The notes under the pieces: generated by a model
Seen by the model: only the letters and a program-made list of their open reading frames with translations
Database searches by the model: none
Told to the model about the DNA's origin: nothing
Shown here: positions 1-8,819 of the stretch, in pieces
Numbering within the stretch: the stretch's first letter is position 1
How the letters are laid out: the number at the start of each line of letters is the position of its first letter
Program-made: the position numbers and the translations under genes
Virus record (IMG/VR): IMGVR_UViG_3300005964_000010
Coordinates: 1-17,323 of that record
Length of the DNA stretch: 17,323 nt
Direction: 5' to 3' (one strand)

Positions 1-136
1 AGTATAAGTCGTTTACTATTTCGTTCCATAAGGAAGAGGAAATTAATGAATATTTAGTTGGAGAAGATAATAAATTAGCAATTTGATAAACTGACTGACA
101 GGGGAATGAAGATGTTATACTAGTTACTGCAGACAT
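1..136 (-). CDS. 5' part of conserved rudiviral protein (probably SIRV2 ORF309-like), runs off window edge
   Basis: ATG at 136 on the minus strand, open to position 1: MSAVTSITSSFPCQSVYQIANLLSSPTKYSLISSSLWNEIVNDLY. Lies downstream of the ORF564-like gene as in SIRV synteny. Not in the ORF track. Confidence 0.7.
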   Translation of the reverse strand, partial: MSAVTSITSSFPCQSVYQIANLLSSPTKYSLISSSLWNEIVNDLY

Positions 137-242
137 TTTTACATCACTACATGCTTAGTTCTAAATTTATAATTTGTAACTATTTTTATAATTTTCAAGT
201 TTACAATTTCAAATTTGCATTGATTCATCATGTTTGACCTCA

Positions 243-1880
243 CTAGACTAGTATTATTGTCTTTTGTGGCTGAGAATTTGAAGGCATTACTCCGTTTGGA
301 GGATAAGCTCTAACTCTGACCCAATAAATTATAGATGCTGGAGTATTATTATTATAATGTCTAAATGGTGAGAAATATCCAGAATGTGGAAAAGCTGTTG
401 AACTACCGGAAAGCCATGGACTATAATTAACATATGTATTTATTGTTCCAGAACTTCCGCCAACATCTTCTAAAGTATAAATTGTAAAATTTGAAGAACC
501 ACTACCGCTAGATGCGTTTGCAATATTTGAAAGATTTCCATTATTAAATACAAAAAGCTGATCGTAATTAGGATTATTATTTGGGCCTCTAGTTGTCCAT
601 AAATACCCAGTTGGAACACTTGATGTTGTACTTTCTAAATCAAACCATGGCCCATCATCACCCCAAACTCCAAGAATTCCAGCTTGATCAATTATATATG
701 GTGCTGTAAATGATTGTGAAGAAACGTAATAAATTGTATTGCCAGTATTTATAAGTGATACTCCATTATTTACAGTTATTACTCCAGAAGGAGGAGCTGT
801 AACTTCTATCCATTTTGAACTTAATGTAGTTCCAGCAAAATTATCATAAAAAGTAAATACATTTTCTCCATTATCATATTGTGCATATGTAGAAGTTAAA
901 GTCGGAGACATCCCAATATAAGGATATTGAATTGAATTTCTGACAAACATATATATTGTAATTGATGAATTAGCGGGAATTGAGACTGGTAAATTTACCC
1001 AAATATAAGCATTAGATAAGCTATTTTGTTCAATCCATGCGTAAAGCGGTGTATTACATTGAGCATCAAGGCAAAATTGTAAATTCAAAAGTTGAGACGA
1101 GCTAGATAATATAGATGATAAATTCAAATTTAACAATTGTTGAAATGGTGAAGGAGTTGGGTTTGACTGATTATTTGTTATTGTAATTGTATAAAATGTT
1201 ATGGGAATTGCAACAAATTCAATTTCTTCGCTTAAAAGTGTTGGAGTTTGTGCGGTTAATTGAATTTCACTAGGAGAACTTGCAGTTATTTTTAAACAAT
1301 TTTTAGGCATTAAATAGATAGAATTATTAATTTGAACTGCAGAACTTCCTAAATTCTGAATTATTATCTCTCTCCAAGATTGTAAATATTGAGAATCTAG
1401 ATAGTCTTCTATTAGAGTTTGTATCGTTGCAGTTCCAGAAAATTGAAATTGTGTGCCTGCAATTTGACTCGGAGTTACAATTTTACTTGTAAGTCTAGGA
1501 ATTAATAGTTCTAATTGTTTAGCTAAAGGTTTTAATTGTATTTGAAAGTTTAGAGTTGGCAATACTACAGTTTTTAGTTGGATAGATGGTTTATTTGCCA
1601 TGCTTTGGAATGGCTGTTGTTTTCCTTCCCCAAAGGTATACGCCAAAGGCTCAGAAAGATTATGTAAAACGTTATAACCTTTAACTTTTAAAGCCGAAAC
1701 ATATAGATATTCAGCAATTACATCATTTATATTTCGAAAATTGCCATTTTGGTAATATTTCAAAAGTTGTGCTGATCCGTATTGATTTAGAAAAAGTAAA
1801 TTTTTAACGAAATTATTCCAGTCTTGCAAAGTCAGAAATTCTAAAGGTAATTTGAACTTTACGGGATATGGTGTTGGCAT
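243..1880 (-). CDS. Minor virion structural protein (SIRV2 ORF564-like) with C-terminal DUF2341-like beta domain
   Basis: 545 aa. DUF2341-type motifs (ITITNNQSNPTPSPFQQLL, PLYAWIE, IWVNLP, YAQYDNGENVFTFYDNF, YWVRVRAYPPNGVMPS). Lies immediately downstream of the large fibre gene. Confidence 0.85.
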   Translation of the reverse strand: MPTPYPVKFKLPLEFLTLQDWNNFVKNLLFLNQYGSAQLLKYYQNGNFRNINDVIAEYLYVSALKVKGYNVLHNLSEPLAYTFGEGKQQPFQSMANKPSIQLKTVVLPTLNFQIQLKPLAKQLELLIPRLTSKIVTPSQIAGTQFQFSGTATIQTLIEDYLDSQYLQSWREIIIQNLGSSAVQINNSIYLMPKNCLKITASSPSEIQLTAQTPTLLSEEIEFVAIPITFYTITITNNQSNPTPSPFQQLLNLNLSSILSSSSQLLNLQFCLDAQCNTPLYAWIEQNSLSNAYIWVNLPVSIPANSSITIYMFVRNSIQYPYIGMSPTLTSTYAQYDNGENVFTFYDNFAGTTLSSKWIEVTAPPSGVITVNNGVSLINTGNTIYYVSSQSFTAPYIIDQAGILGVWGDDGPWFDLESTTSSVPTGYLWTTRGPNNNPNYDQLFVFNNGNLSNIANASSGSGSSNFTIYTLEDVGGSSGTINTYVNYSPWLSGSSTAFPHSGYFSPFRHYNNNTPASIIYWVRVRAYPPNGVMPSNSQPQKTIILV

Positions 1881-1923
1881 GTTTTATATTTTATTTGCCC
1901 TCTTAAAAAACTACACACATCTA

Positions 1924-1950
1924 ATTCATAATATTATGAATATAGTATGT
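1924..1950. promoter_or_regulatory. Palindromic operator ATTCATAATATTATGAAT plus ATAGTATGT tail, copy 1
   Basis: Perfect 18-bp palindrome at 1924-1941, just upstream of the minus-strand TATA-like TTTTTAAG of the 545-aa gene. Recurs at 9236 and 12660. Confidence 0.65.
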
Positions 1951-1956
1951 TCTCAC

Positions 1957-4900
1957 TTAGTAATTAGCCCTTAACTGCCAATTCAATAGTATTAGTTGAA
2001 TTTCTTCATCAGTTAAACCGTATTGTTTTAATTGCTGTAAATATGATTGTGCAGTATTTAAATCAATTTTCTGCTTTTCAAATAATAAACTGATTGTTGA
2101 AATTATTTCGTTTATGTAAGTTCTAAGTCTTCTATTTCTTGCATACTCGAGATAAGTATTTTGTAAATCATTAGGAACTTGAAATTCATTAAATACTTTT
2201 TGTAATAATTGCGTTGGATTACTGATATATTCACTAATTTGTAATGCTTTAGATGGTGTTAAGTATAACTCTTGGTAAGCTGTTAATATTTTCTTAATTT
2301 GTGCTGATAATTTGAAAACTCCTAATAATGTTTCATTTATGCCATATTGTTTCATTATGTTCTCTAATTGGATATTTTGAACTCCATAAACTAACAATTG
2401 TACATAATCAGTCTTGAGAGATTGCACATATTGCCCTACTAGTTCATATTGATATAAGTTAGAGTATAAGTTAAGAAATTCAGAAGGTATAAATGAGTAA
2501 TCAATTAATTGTTTTTCTGGATAATTGTACTTTATTGCGGTCTCAATTGTACTTAATGAAGGCAAGTATTTTCTCCAAATTTCTAAACCGAATGTTGAGG
2601 CATATTGTTCCAAGAGAACTTTTATTTGATTTTCCGGAATTCCTAATTGTCTTAATTGTTGTTCTGCATTTCCTAGATTTACGGGTACTTTTCCGACTTT
2701 AAAGAGTTGTCCATTTATAATATTTCCAATAATTGTATGTAAACTATAAATTGTAGGAATATAAGTTTGAACAATTAAGTTTGCCAAATCTTTTTGCATT
2801 CCTAGGCTTTCAAGTCTACTTACCGCATTTGTTGGAGTTATTTGTAAATCTTTCAAGAGGGACTTTATATATTCTATTTCTGTCGTTAGTTGAAAAACTT
2901 GTATAGCGGGCTGAATTTCATATTGGACAATTTCTTTTGGCAAACTTGAAATATTTGCAGATATTCCATGTCTTGCTAATTGTGTATAATAACTTATTAT
3001 TTTTGGATATATGTACTCATAGTAGAACTTTTGAGTGTAAAGATCAATTGCGTTTTTATCTTTTAGAATTTTTGATAATTCTCCAGATAATTGAGTTTGG
3101 TCATAATAAAGCGTTTTAGCTATAGTTTCAATTAACGATAATTGTAATTTAGCTATGCTCACATTATAGTTTTCTTGTATTATTTGACTTGTCAGGTAAT
3201 CATTAATTTTCAATTTCTTTAACTCAGCATCAACACTTTTTGAATCTATCAAAAAGTTCTTTAGTTGTTCCTTTATAATTGAGAGTATTGAGGAAATTGC
3301 AATTTCCTGATTAACGTAATTTATAAATATATCTTCAAATTCCTTTATAACGCCTAATGCATGTAGTTGCTTTTTAATTTCATCACTTGACAAATATCCT
3401 TTTTTCGCTAAACTTTCAATTTGACTAATTTGATATTTTGTTAGAGGGGCTATTTGATATTCAAATATGATTTCAGAAATAATAGAAGGATCAAATCCTA
3501 AAGCTTTAACTCTTTTTCTGCATCTTTTGAACTAATAATGTAATTTTGTAGTTTAAATTGAAATTCTTTAAGAATATACTGTAATTGTACATATTGAAGT
3601 TCATAATTCAAAATTGTTAGTGCAATTTGTTCATTAAAATTATTGGCTTTTAACTCCGCTTTTACTTTCTTTTCGTCAAATATTCCTAACTTAGTAATTT
3701 GTTCTAATTGAGTTAGAAGAAGTTGGTTAGTGTATACAATTTGAGATTGTTCTATCATTATGTTAAAAACGCTTTGGACTTCTTCGGGATAATTTAATTC
3801 TTTAAATAATTTTTGAACTGTTGATTCTAGGAATTTTAGATCAATATATGGCCTTCCAAAATTAGATAACGCTCTCGATAAAAGCGATCTTAAAAATTGT
3901 CTGACAATTCTTTGAACAGAGTAATTATACTCGAGAGAGAAAACTTTTAGATATAAATCTTTTCCAGCTAAATTAACATTTTGTATTATTTCTTGATAAG
4001 CTTTTTCAGGAGTAATTATAAATTGACGAATGCCTTCCTCAACTGCTCTTTGCAAAAGTCTTGCAGTTTGATTATTATAAATTAATTTAGCAGTTTTTGG
4101 AGTTATCAAATTATTATATGAATATTGTGAAACCGCATCAAAATTCAGAAATCCGTATTGTGACCCTAAAATTACATCACGAATTGAAACAGGCCTAAAA
4201 AGCGGATTTCTTGGTATATAATCATCTATTGGATTTTCTAGATAAGCATCAGTAAACCATGCGGGAAAACCCGTCAATAGTATTGTTTCTCTGAGATGAT
4301 CTTTAATTTCATCAAATGACCTAGAAGATACCCATTTGGCAATTTGTACAAACGGCGGGTCAGCAAATGGTAAATCTCCTAGACCAATTTCATTGAAAAT
4401 TTCTCTAGCGGAAATTTTAAAATCGCTTATAAATGGCTCTTTTATAAACTCTTTAAGTGTAGTTTGTATTTCTTGTCTGACTTCATTTAAAAAGTCTACA
4501 CTAGTTTCAGCAAAGGCTTTTACAATTTCTCCAAATTTTATTGGGACTTTTCCGCCAAGTCCAACTGGACTAAGATCAATTTCTACCTCTGGAAGTATTT
4601 CAGCTAATTTATCAGTTATAATCGGTAAAAATTTTCCTAATGTAACTGGTGTAATAAATGGCGTTAGAAATTGCGAAATTTGTGAAATAGCACTAGAAAT
4701 ATGTTTCATATTTTGTCCAAATCCCGTTAGAAAATCAGAAACAACAATGCTTATTATTTGTGCAAAAGAGTTGGCAACATTTTGGAAAAATGAATAAGCG
4801 TCATTCATAAATTGAGATGCTAAAGATGAAAGATTTTGGAACACATTTACAACTTGAGTTTCAAACCAAGTTAAAAATCCAGAGACGACAGGAATTGCAG

Positions 4901-5132
4901 TTTGTACAAAATTCTGCAATATAGTCAAGAAATTGTTAGCAATATTTTGCATAAATGTTGGAATATCTGAAACTGCATGAGAAATGAAAGTTAGAGTATT
5001 CTGAATATCTGAAGTTATACTGTTCATAAAGTTAATAAAGTCTGAGCTGATCCAATTTGTAAAATTCTCTAATGCTGATAACTCATCTGAAAAGAATGTT
5101 CCTAAATCTCCTAAATTTAGTAGGAAACTCAT
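1957..5132 (-). CDS. Terminal (tail) fibre protein, SIRV2 ORF1070-like, about 1058 aa, interrupted by one -1 frameshift at ~3498-3531
   Basis: ORFs 3498..5132 and 1957..3393 join via a -1 shift: ...KDAEKELK|ALGFDPSIISEIIFEYQIAPLTKYQISQIESLAKKGYLSSDEIKKQL... Joined length matches rudiviral fibre proteins (~1060-1070 aa). N-terminus MSFLLNLGDL and synteny agree. Confidence 0.85.
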
Positions 5133-5204
5133 ATAGATTTAATATTTAACTGGAAAGATAATAAACATTGCCTTTAAAACAAAAAACATTTTATATTTTT
5201 AGAT

Positions 5205-5291
5205 ATGAGAATAAAAGAACTTTTAATTCTTCCTTTGATATTTTTTCTCCTCAAGTTGATAAGAAATTGTAATGATGAGTATATAAACTAG
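5205..5291 (+). CDS. Possible 28-aa hydrophobic microprotein
   Basis: MRIKELLILPLIFFLLKLIRNCNDEYIN*, with CTTTAAAA about 26-33 bp upstream. Could be a chance ORF in AT-rich DNA. Confidence 0.25.
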   Translation: MRIKELLILPLIFFLLKLIRNCNDEYIN

Positions 5292-5352
5292 GAACGTCAG
5301 TTTACTAGAAATATTTTTAAACCTTTATCTAACGTGAGTTTGTACTTTTTTA

Positions 5353-5411
5353 CCTTAAGTTAAGGGGAAAGAAGGACGTAAAAACGTTTTTAAATAAAAA
5401 AGTTTTACGTC
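5353..5411. other. Two adjacent inverted repeats / hairpins in the long intergenic region
   Basis: CCTTAA-G-TTAAGG (5353-5365), and GACGTAAAA (5375-5383) / TTTTACGTC (5403-5411) with inner TTTTT-AAAT-AAAAA. Confidence 0.55.
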
Positions 5412-5462
5412 AAAAGATATAGCCCAAATGAGTTGTCTACTTAAAAAGAAAAAAATACTAAT

Positions 5463-5672
5463 TTATTCATTTTTGCTTTCGTCTGGTTTTACTTGTAATT
5501 TTCTCATTTCTTTAACAACTTTTATAACATTAAGTGCTTTTTGAAATACTTCACTCTTCCTAATTTCTTCACTATCACAAGTTGCTAACGCCAATGTTAA
5601 ATCATCAAGAGCTAAATAAAGTTTGGCCGTTATTTCTGAACTTAAATTTGATTTTTTCTTTTCCTCTGTCAT
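5463..5672 (-). CDS. Conserved rudiviral small helical protein (SIRV2 ORF69-like)
   Basis: 69 aa, overlaps the 3' end of hjc as in SIRV. Followed by a T-rich tract on the minus strand (5443-5455). Confidence 0.75.
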   Translation of the reverse strand: MTEEKKKSNLSSEITAKLYLALDDLTLALATCDSEEIRKSEVFQKALNVIKVVKEMRKLQVKPDESKNE

Positions 5673-5988
5673 CTTGCCCCAAATTATATATTATGACAGT
5701 TTTATATTTTTTATAATGAACTAGTACTAACGGTTTACAAGTACAAAAATTGAACATTTCACAGAACTTAAATAATTTATCAATTTGAAAATTGTCTACA
5801 ATGACGAAATCTTGTGAAGTTGATTTCACTTCAATTGGAAAAATTGTATTATCCTTAGTCGCTAGAATATCTGGAATTGGCTGTTTTCCAGTACCAGAAA
5901 CTGGAATTCTTATAGCTTTATAACCGTTTTTTTCTAGATAATTAAGTGTCTTATATTCATAATATTTTCCAGATTGTCTAAAGTTCAT
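5605..5988 (-). CDS. hjc: Holliday junction resolvase (archaeal Hjc family)
   Basis: Motifs G-K-Y-Y-E, GYKAIRIPVSGTG, PDILA and IEVKST (PD-(D/E)xK). ATG at 5988 preferred over TTG at 5991. Confidence 0.95.
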   Translation of the reverse strand: MNFRQSGKYYEYKTLNYLEKNGYKAIRIPVSGTGKQPIPDILATKDNTIFPIEVKSTSQDFVIVDNFQIDKLFKFCEMFNFCTCKPLVLVHYKKYKTVIIYNLGQDDRGKEKIKFKFRNNGQTLFSS

Positions 5989-6006
5989 CAAATCAAAGTT
6001 AAAAGT

Positions 6007-6036
6007 TATGACACATATATGTTTAAATTTGTCATA
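6007..6036. promoter_or_regulatory. Back-to-back TATA+GTC promoters (hjc leftward, 93-aa ORF rightward)
   Basis: Minus strand CATATATGTGTCATA; plus strand TTTAAATTTGTCATA. GTC just downstream of the TATA box is a described SIRV promoter feature. Confidence 0.6.
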
Positions 6037-6060
6037 TAAGAATTTTTAAATTGATAACAT

Positions 6061-6342
6061 ATGGATCCCATTTTAGAAAAAATTGTGAAAATTGCATCCG
6101 ATGAAGTAAAATTAGATACAAAAGAAATTGAAAGATTAAAAAAAGAAGTTAGTTATTTAGAAAATGCTATACTTGATGTATTTAATAATTATCCAGATGG
6201 AAAAATTGACAAGGCTTCTGCATTAATATATTTTGCATATTTTCTTGGAATGATAATTGAAGATGAGAAAGAATTTTCATTTTTCATGTCAATTTTTAAG
6301 GCAATATATGATAGTAAAAAAGATCAAGAATATAAGTCATAA
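6061..6342 (+). CDS. Hypothetical helical protein (accessory)
   Basis: 93 aa with ATG start, upstream promoter and downstream T-tract. Confidence 0.7.
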   Translation: MDPILEKIVKIASDEVKLDTKEIERLKKEVSYLENAILDVFNNYPDGKIDKASALIYFAYFLGMIIEDEKEFSFFMSIFKAIYDSKKDQEYKS

Positions 6343-6346
6343 TTTT

Positions 6347-6634
6347 TTATTTATGAATACATAATTTATATTTTCCATTTTTATAAACAAATATATAATT
6401 TGCATTTTCTAAATAACGTTCAAATTCATTTGTATCTAAGGATAATCTTTTTATATAATCCGTTTTTATTTCTTTCCATGTTTTGTTATCTATGTTTATA
6501 GCAAATTCATTAATAATTTCACAATCTGACAAAATTGTCACAATATCATCATATAAATCTCTATTTCCTTCTTTTAAACATTCTATATTTTCAATTTCTT
6601 TATCTATAATTATAACAATTGTCATTTTAACCAT
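6347..6634 (-). CDS. Hypothetical protein (accessory)
   Basis: 95 aa. Start overlaps the 3' end of the GNAT gene, suggesting translational coupling. Confidence 0.65.
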   Translation of the reverse strand: MVKMTIVIIIDKEIENIECLKEGNRDLYDDIVTILSDCEIINEFAINIDNKTWKEIKTDYIKRLSLDTNEFERYLENANYIFVYKNGKYKLCIHK

Positions 6635-7083
6635 TTCACAAAAACAGGATGTCCAGTTCTATTAGTTCTTCCTACTTCTTGAAATCCTGCCTTCTTATAC
6701 AAGGCGTTAGAATGTTCAGGCATTCCTAAAGTCCATAATACCTCAAGTCCATCATTTTTCAATTTCTCACTTAAATCAACTAGAAATTTAACTAAATAAT
6801 CGCCCGGTGCAGTTTTTGTTACTCTTCTGATAAAATATGATCTATCTGAAGGAATTTTATATTGTTGAGCGACAAAGCGAAAAGGTGTATTATCGTGTAA
6901 CCATGCCACCGCTACAATAAAATTTTGTAATTCTTCTTTGGCAATATACATAAAATATCTTGAGTTTTTTCCCGCACCGCCCCCGTGGGGCATTCCCTGA
7001 CCGTGATAATAATCAATTAATAATCTAAGAAATTTTATCATATTATGATCAGTTGCTTCTTGTAACATAAAATCCATTTTCAT
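6622..7083 (-). CDS. GNAT-family acetyltransferase (SIRV2 ORF154-like)
   Basis: 153 aa with C-terminal GNAT motif (NALYKKAGFQEVG). Divergent from the ORF488-like gene as in SIRV. Confidence 0.85.
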   Translation of the reverse strand: MKMDFMLQEATDHNMIKFLRLLIDYYHGQGMPHGGGAGKNSRYFMYIAKEELQNFIVAVAWLHDNTPFRFVAQQYKIPSDRSYFIRRVTKTAPGDYLVKFLVDLSEKLKNDGLEVLWTLGMPEHSNALYKKAGFQEVGRTNRTGHPVFVKWLK

Positions 7084-7097
7084 CTATTAGGAGATCA

Positions 7098-8570
7098 ATG
7101 TATGACATATATATACATAATGGATCTAGTGAGTTTTTCTTTTCAGAATTCACATTCTTTATGAGAAATATGGGTAGGAAAGTAGGAAATAGGTCAATCG
7201 CATCAATGAAATATCATTTATATCAAAAAGTGCTAAATAGAAAGTCATTTCCCGCATTTTCCATTATGTTTGATGCAGGCGTTTCTTCAGTTTTGCCAAC
7301 TGCATTACAAAATGTTCAAGTTCCTCCAGGTATAAATACAAATTATGGAATTGCATATGCCTCAATAATCTCTTCTTTGCTCTTAGCTCTGAATAATTTA
7401 GCAATTTCAAAGTTTAATCCAAATACAAATGTGCAAAATTTTCTACAATTAGGTCAAAGTCCAATTTTTGGACAAACATCAGGAATTCAATTTATACAAC
7501 AAAGTAGTAAACTATATGATAAATATGTTCAACTTTGTTCAATTTTGTATCAGCCTGCAGTTTTTGATGAAACATATTTCGACTTATCAGTTTTTCAGCC
7601 TTCTAATACAATTATTAATAGAAATGAGGCATGCGGAAAAATAGAAAAATATTTCTCTCAAGTAACAACTACAAATATCTCTATAGATCTTCCGACTCTA
7701 GGAATTGGAAATACTAGTATTCCCGTTTCAGATAATTTTAGTATTCAAAATATTCAAAATACTGGAATCTCGGATTTGTTAAATGCTTTAAATATAAACT
7801 ATAATCAACTTCCTGATTTGGCTAAATTCTTAGTTTCATTTATTCCAAATTTGAATGATATAATTAATAGCGGATTCGCACTTGATGTTGGATGGTTAGA
7901 TAGATGTGTTTTAGCACCGGAGATTGAAAGTTCTCCAACTTATAAGGTACAATTACAAAATGGAATGATTTTGCAAAATTTTGCTGATGTTTTTGGAATG
8001 ATATTGGATTATACACCACTAGACCTAGCTATATTAATTCCTGAATTTAATCCACAAAATGTTACACAATTAGATTTAGTTTCTATTTTATCCGCTGATA
8101 AAACAATAATCTCAATTTTTGGAAGTTTATTTAAATTACATTTATATGATCCGTCACCTGGCGGAGTAAATATAACTTATAGCTCAGAGATTGAAAATTA
8201 TGCAGTTACTTACCAACAATTCTTACATATCCAACAATTAGTAAATAAGAAATATTCTAACGTTTGGTATGCTAAAATGGTCGCAAGTGCAATTTTGGAA
8301 ATTGCTAGATATCCGTATCAACAAAACTATAGTTATTCGACAGGAAAAAGAACGCTTTCATATTCTGATTTCTTGAATTATTGGAAAAATAAGTGGACAT
8401 TTTACGGCCTATCAAGTGCAGATTTACAATTTGCTCAAGAATATGGTGAGAAAATACAGGGACAGGCAAAGGTAGAAAATTCGCTTAAGTTAGCACAAAA
8501 ATCAGCAAAAGCTAAACAATATAAGCCAATTTTCTACTACAAAAACTTTAATAATATAGCAAATAGATAA
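7098..8570 (+). CDS. Minor virion structural protein (SIRV2 ORF488-like); true start probably 7161 or 7170
   Basis: MGRKVGNRSIASMKYHLYQKVLNRK and QPAVFDETYFDLSVF motifs. ATG 7098 falls inside the minus-strand GNAT promoter, so a later start is likely. Confidence 0.85.
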   Translation: MYDIYIHNGSSEFFFSEFTFFMRNMGRKVGNRSIASMKYHLYQKVLNRKSFPAFSIMFDAGVSSVLPTALQNVQVPPGINTNYGIAYASIISSLLLALNNLAISKFNPNTNVQNFLQLGQSPIFGQTSGIQFIQQSSKLYDKYVQLCSILYQPAVFDETYFDLSVFQPSNTIINRNEACGKIEKYFSQVTTTNISIDLPTLGIGNTSIPVSDNFSIQNIQNTGISDLLNALNINYNQLPDLAKFLVSFIPNLNDIINSGFALDVGWLDRCVLAPEIESSPTYKVQLQNGMILQNFADVFGMILDYTPLDLAILIPEFNPQNVTQLDLVSILSADKTIISIFGSLFKLHLYDPSPGGVNITYSSEIENYAVTYQQFLHIQQLVNKKYSNVWYAKMVASAILEIARYPYQQNYSYSTGKRTLSYSDFLNYWKNKWTFYGLSSADLQFAQEYGEKIQGQAKVENSLKLAQKSAKAKQYKPIFYYKNFNNIANR

Positions 8571-8583
8571 GAAGTTGATAGTT

Positions 8584-8769
8584 ATGATAGTTAAAAAGAG
8601 AAAAGAATGGAATAGAGATCCAAATACATGGAACGGGAAATTATATAATCCTTATAAAAACCCATGGAATAGAAAAATTTATATGCCTTATAAAAATACA
8701 TGGAATGGGAAATTTTATATTCCTTGTAAAATTGATAAGAAGAAAATTGAAGAAATATTAAAAAGTTGA
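8584..8769 (+). CDS. Small basic protein with three 12-aa repeats (NxWNxKxYxPYK)
   Basis: ATG at 8584 (or TTG 8575). The repeat unit is in frame, and W, N, K, Y, P and K are conserved across units. Confidence 0.65.
   Translation: MIVKKRKEWNRDPNTWNGKLYNPYKNPWNRKIYMPYKNTWNGKFYIPCKIDKKKIEEILKS
8623..8730 (+). repeat. 3 x 36-bp tandem repeat
   Basis: Units at 8623-8658, 8659-8694 and 8695-8730. Unit 1 vs 3 is 32/36 identical; unit 1 vs 2 is 27/36. Confidence 0.9.
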
Positions 8770-8819
8770 ACAATTAAAAATACGAATTAGAGAAAAATTA
8801 GAGATAAAAAAATATGAAA

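Noticed and set aside
2493-3119. Plus-strand ORFs 2493..2702 and 2937..3119
   Set aside because: Antisense shadows inside the fibre gene, with no recognisable motifs.
1957-3393. Independent 478-aa gene starting at TTG 3393
   Set aside because: The frame stays open upstream to 3531 and continues the repeat pattern of the preceding ORF, so it is better explained as the 3' half of one gene.
4336-4797. 153-aa plus-strand ORF
   Set aside because: Antisense to the fibre gene, TTG start, and Ser/Ile-rich composition typical of shadow ORFs.
6483-6665. 60-aa plus-strand ORF
   Set aside because: Antisense to the 95-aa and GNAT genes.
8623-8730. Mini-CRISPR array interpretation of the 36-bp repeats
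   Set aside because: Units are contiguous with no unique spacers and lack the Sulfolobales ...ATTGAAAG repeat end.
8591-8773. 60-aa minus-strand ORF over the tandem repeat
   Set aside because: Shadow of the plus-strand repeat ORF, which follows the upstream gene in the same direction and conserves W/N/K/P. Not fully excluded.
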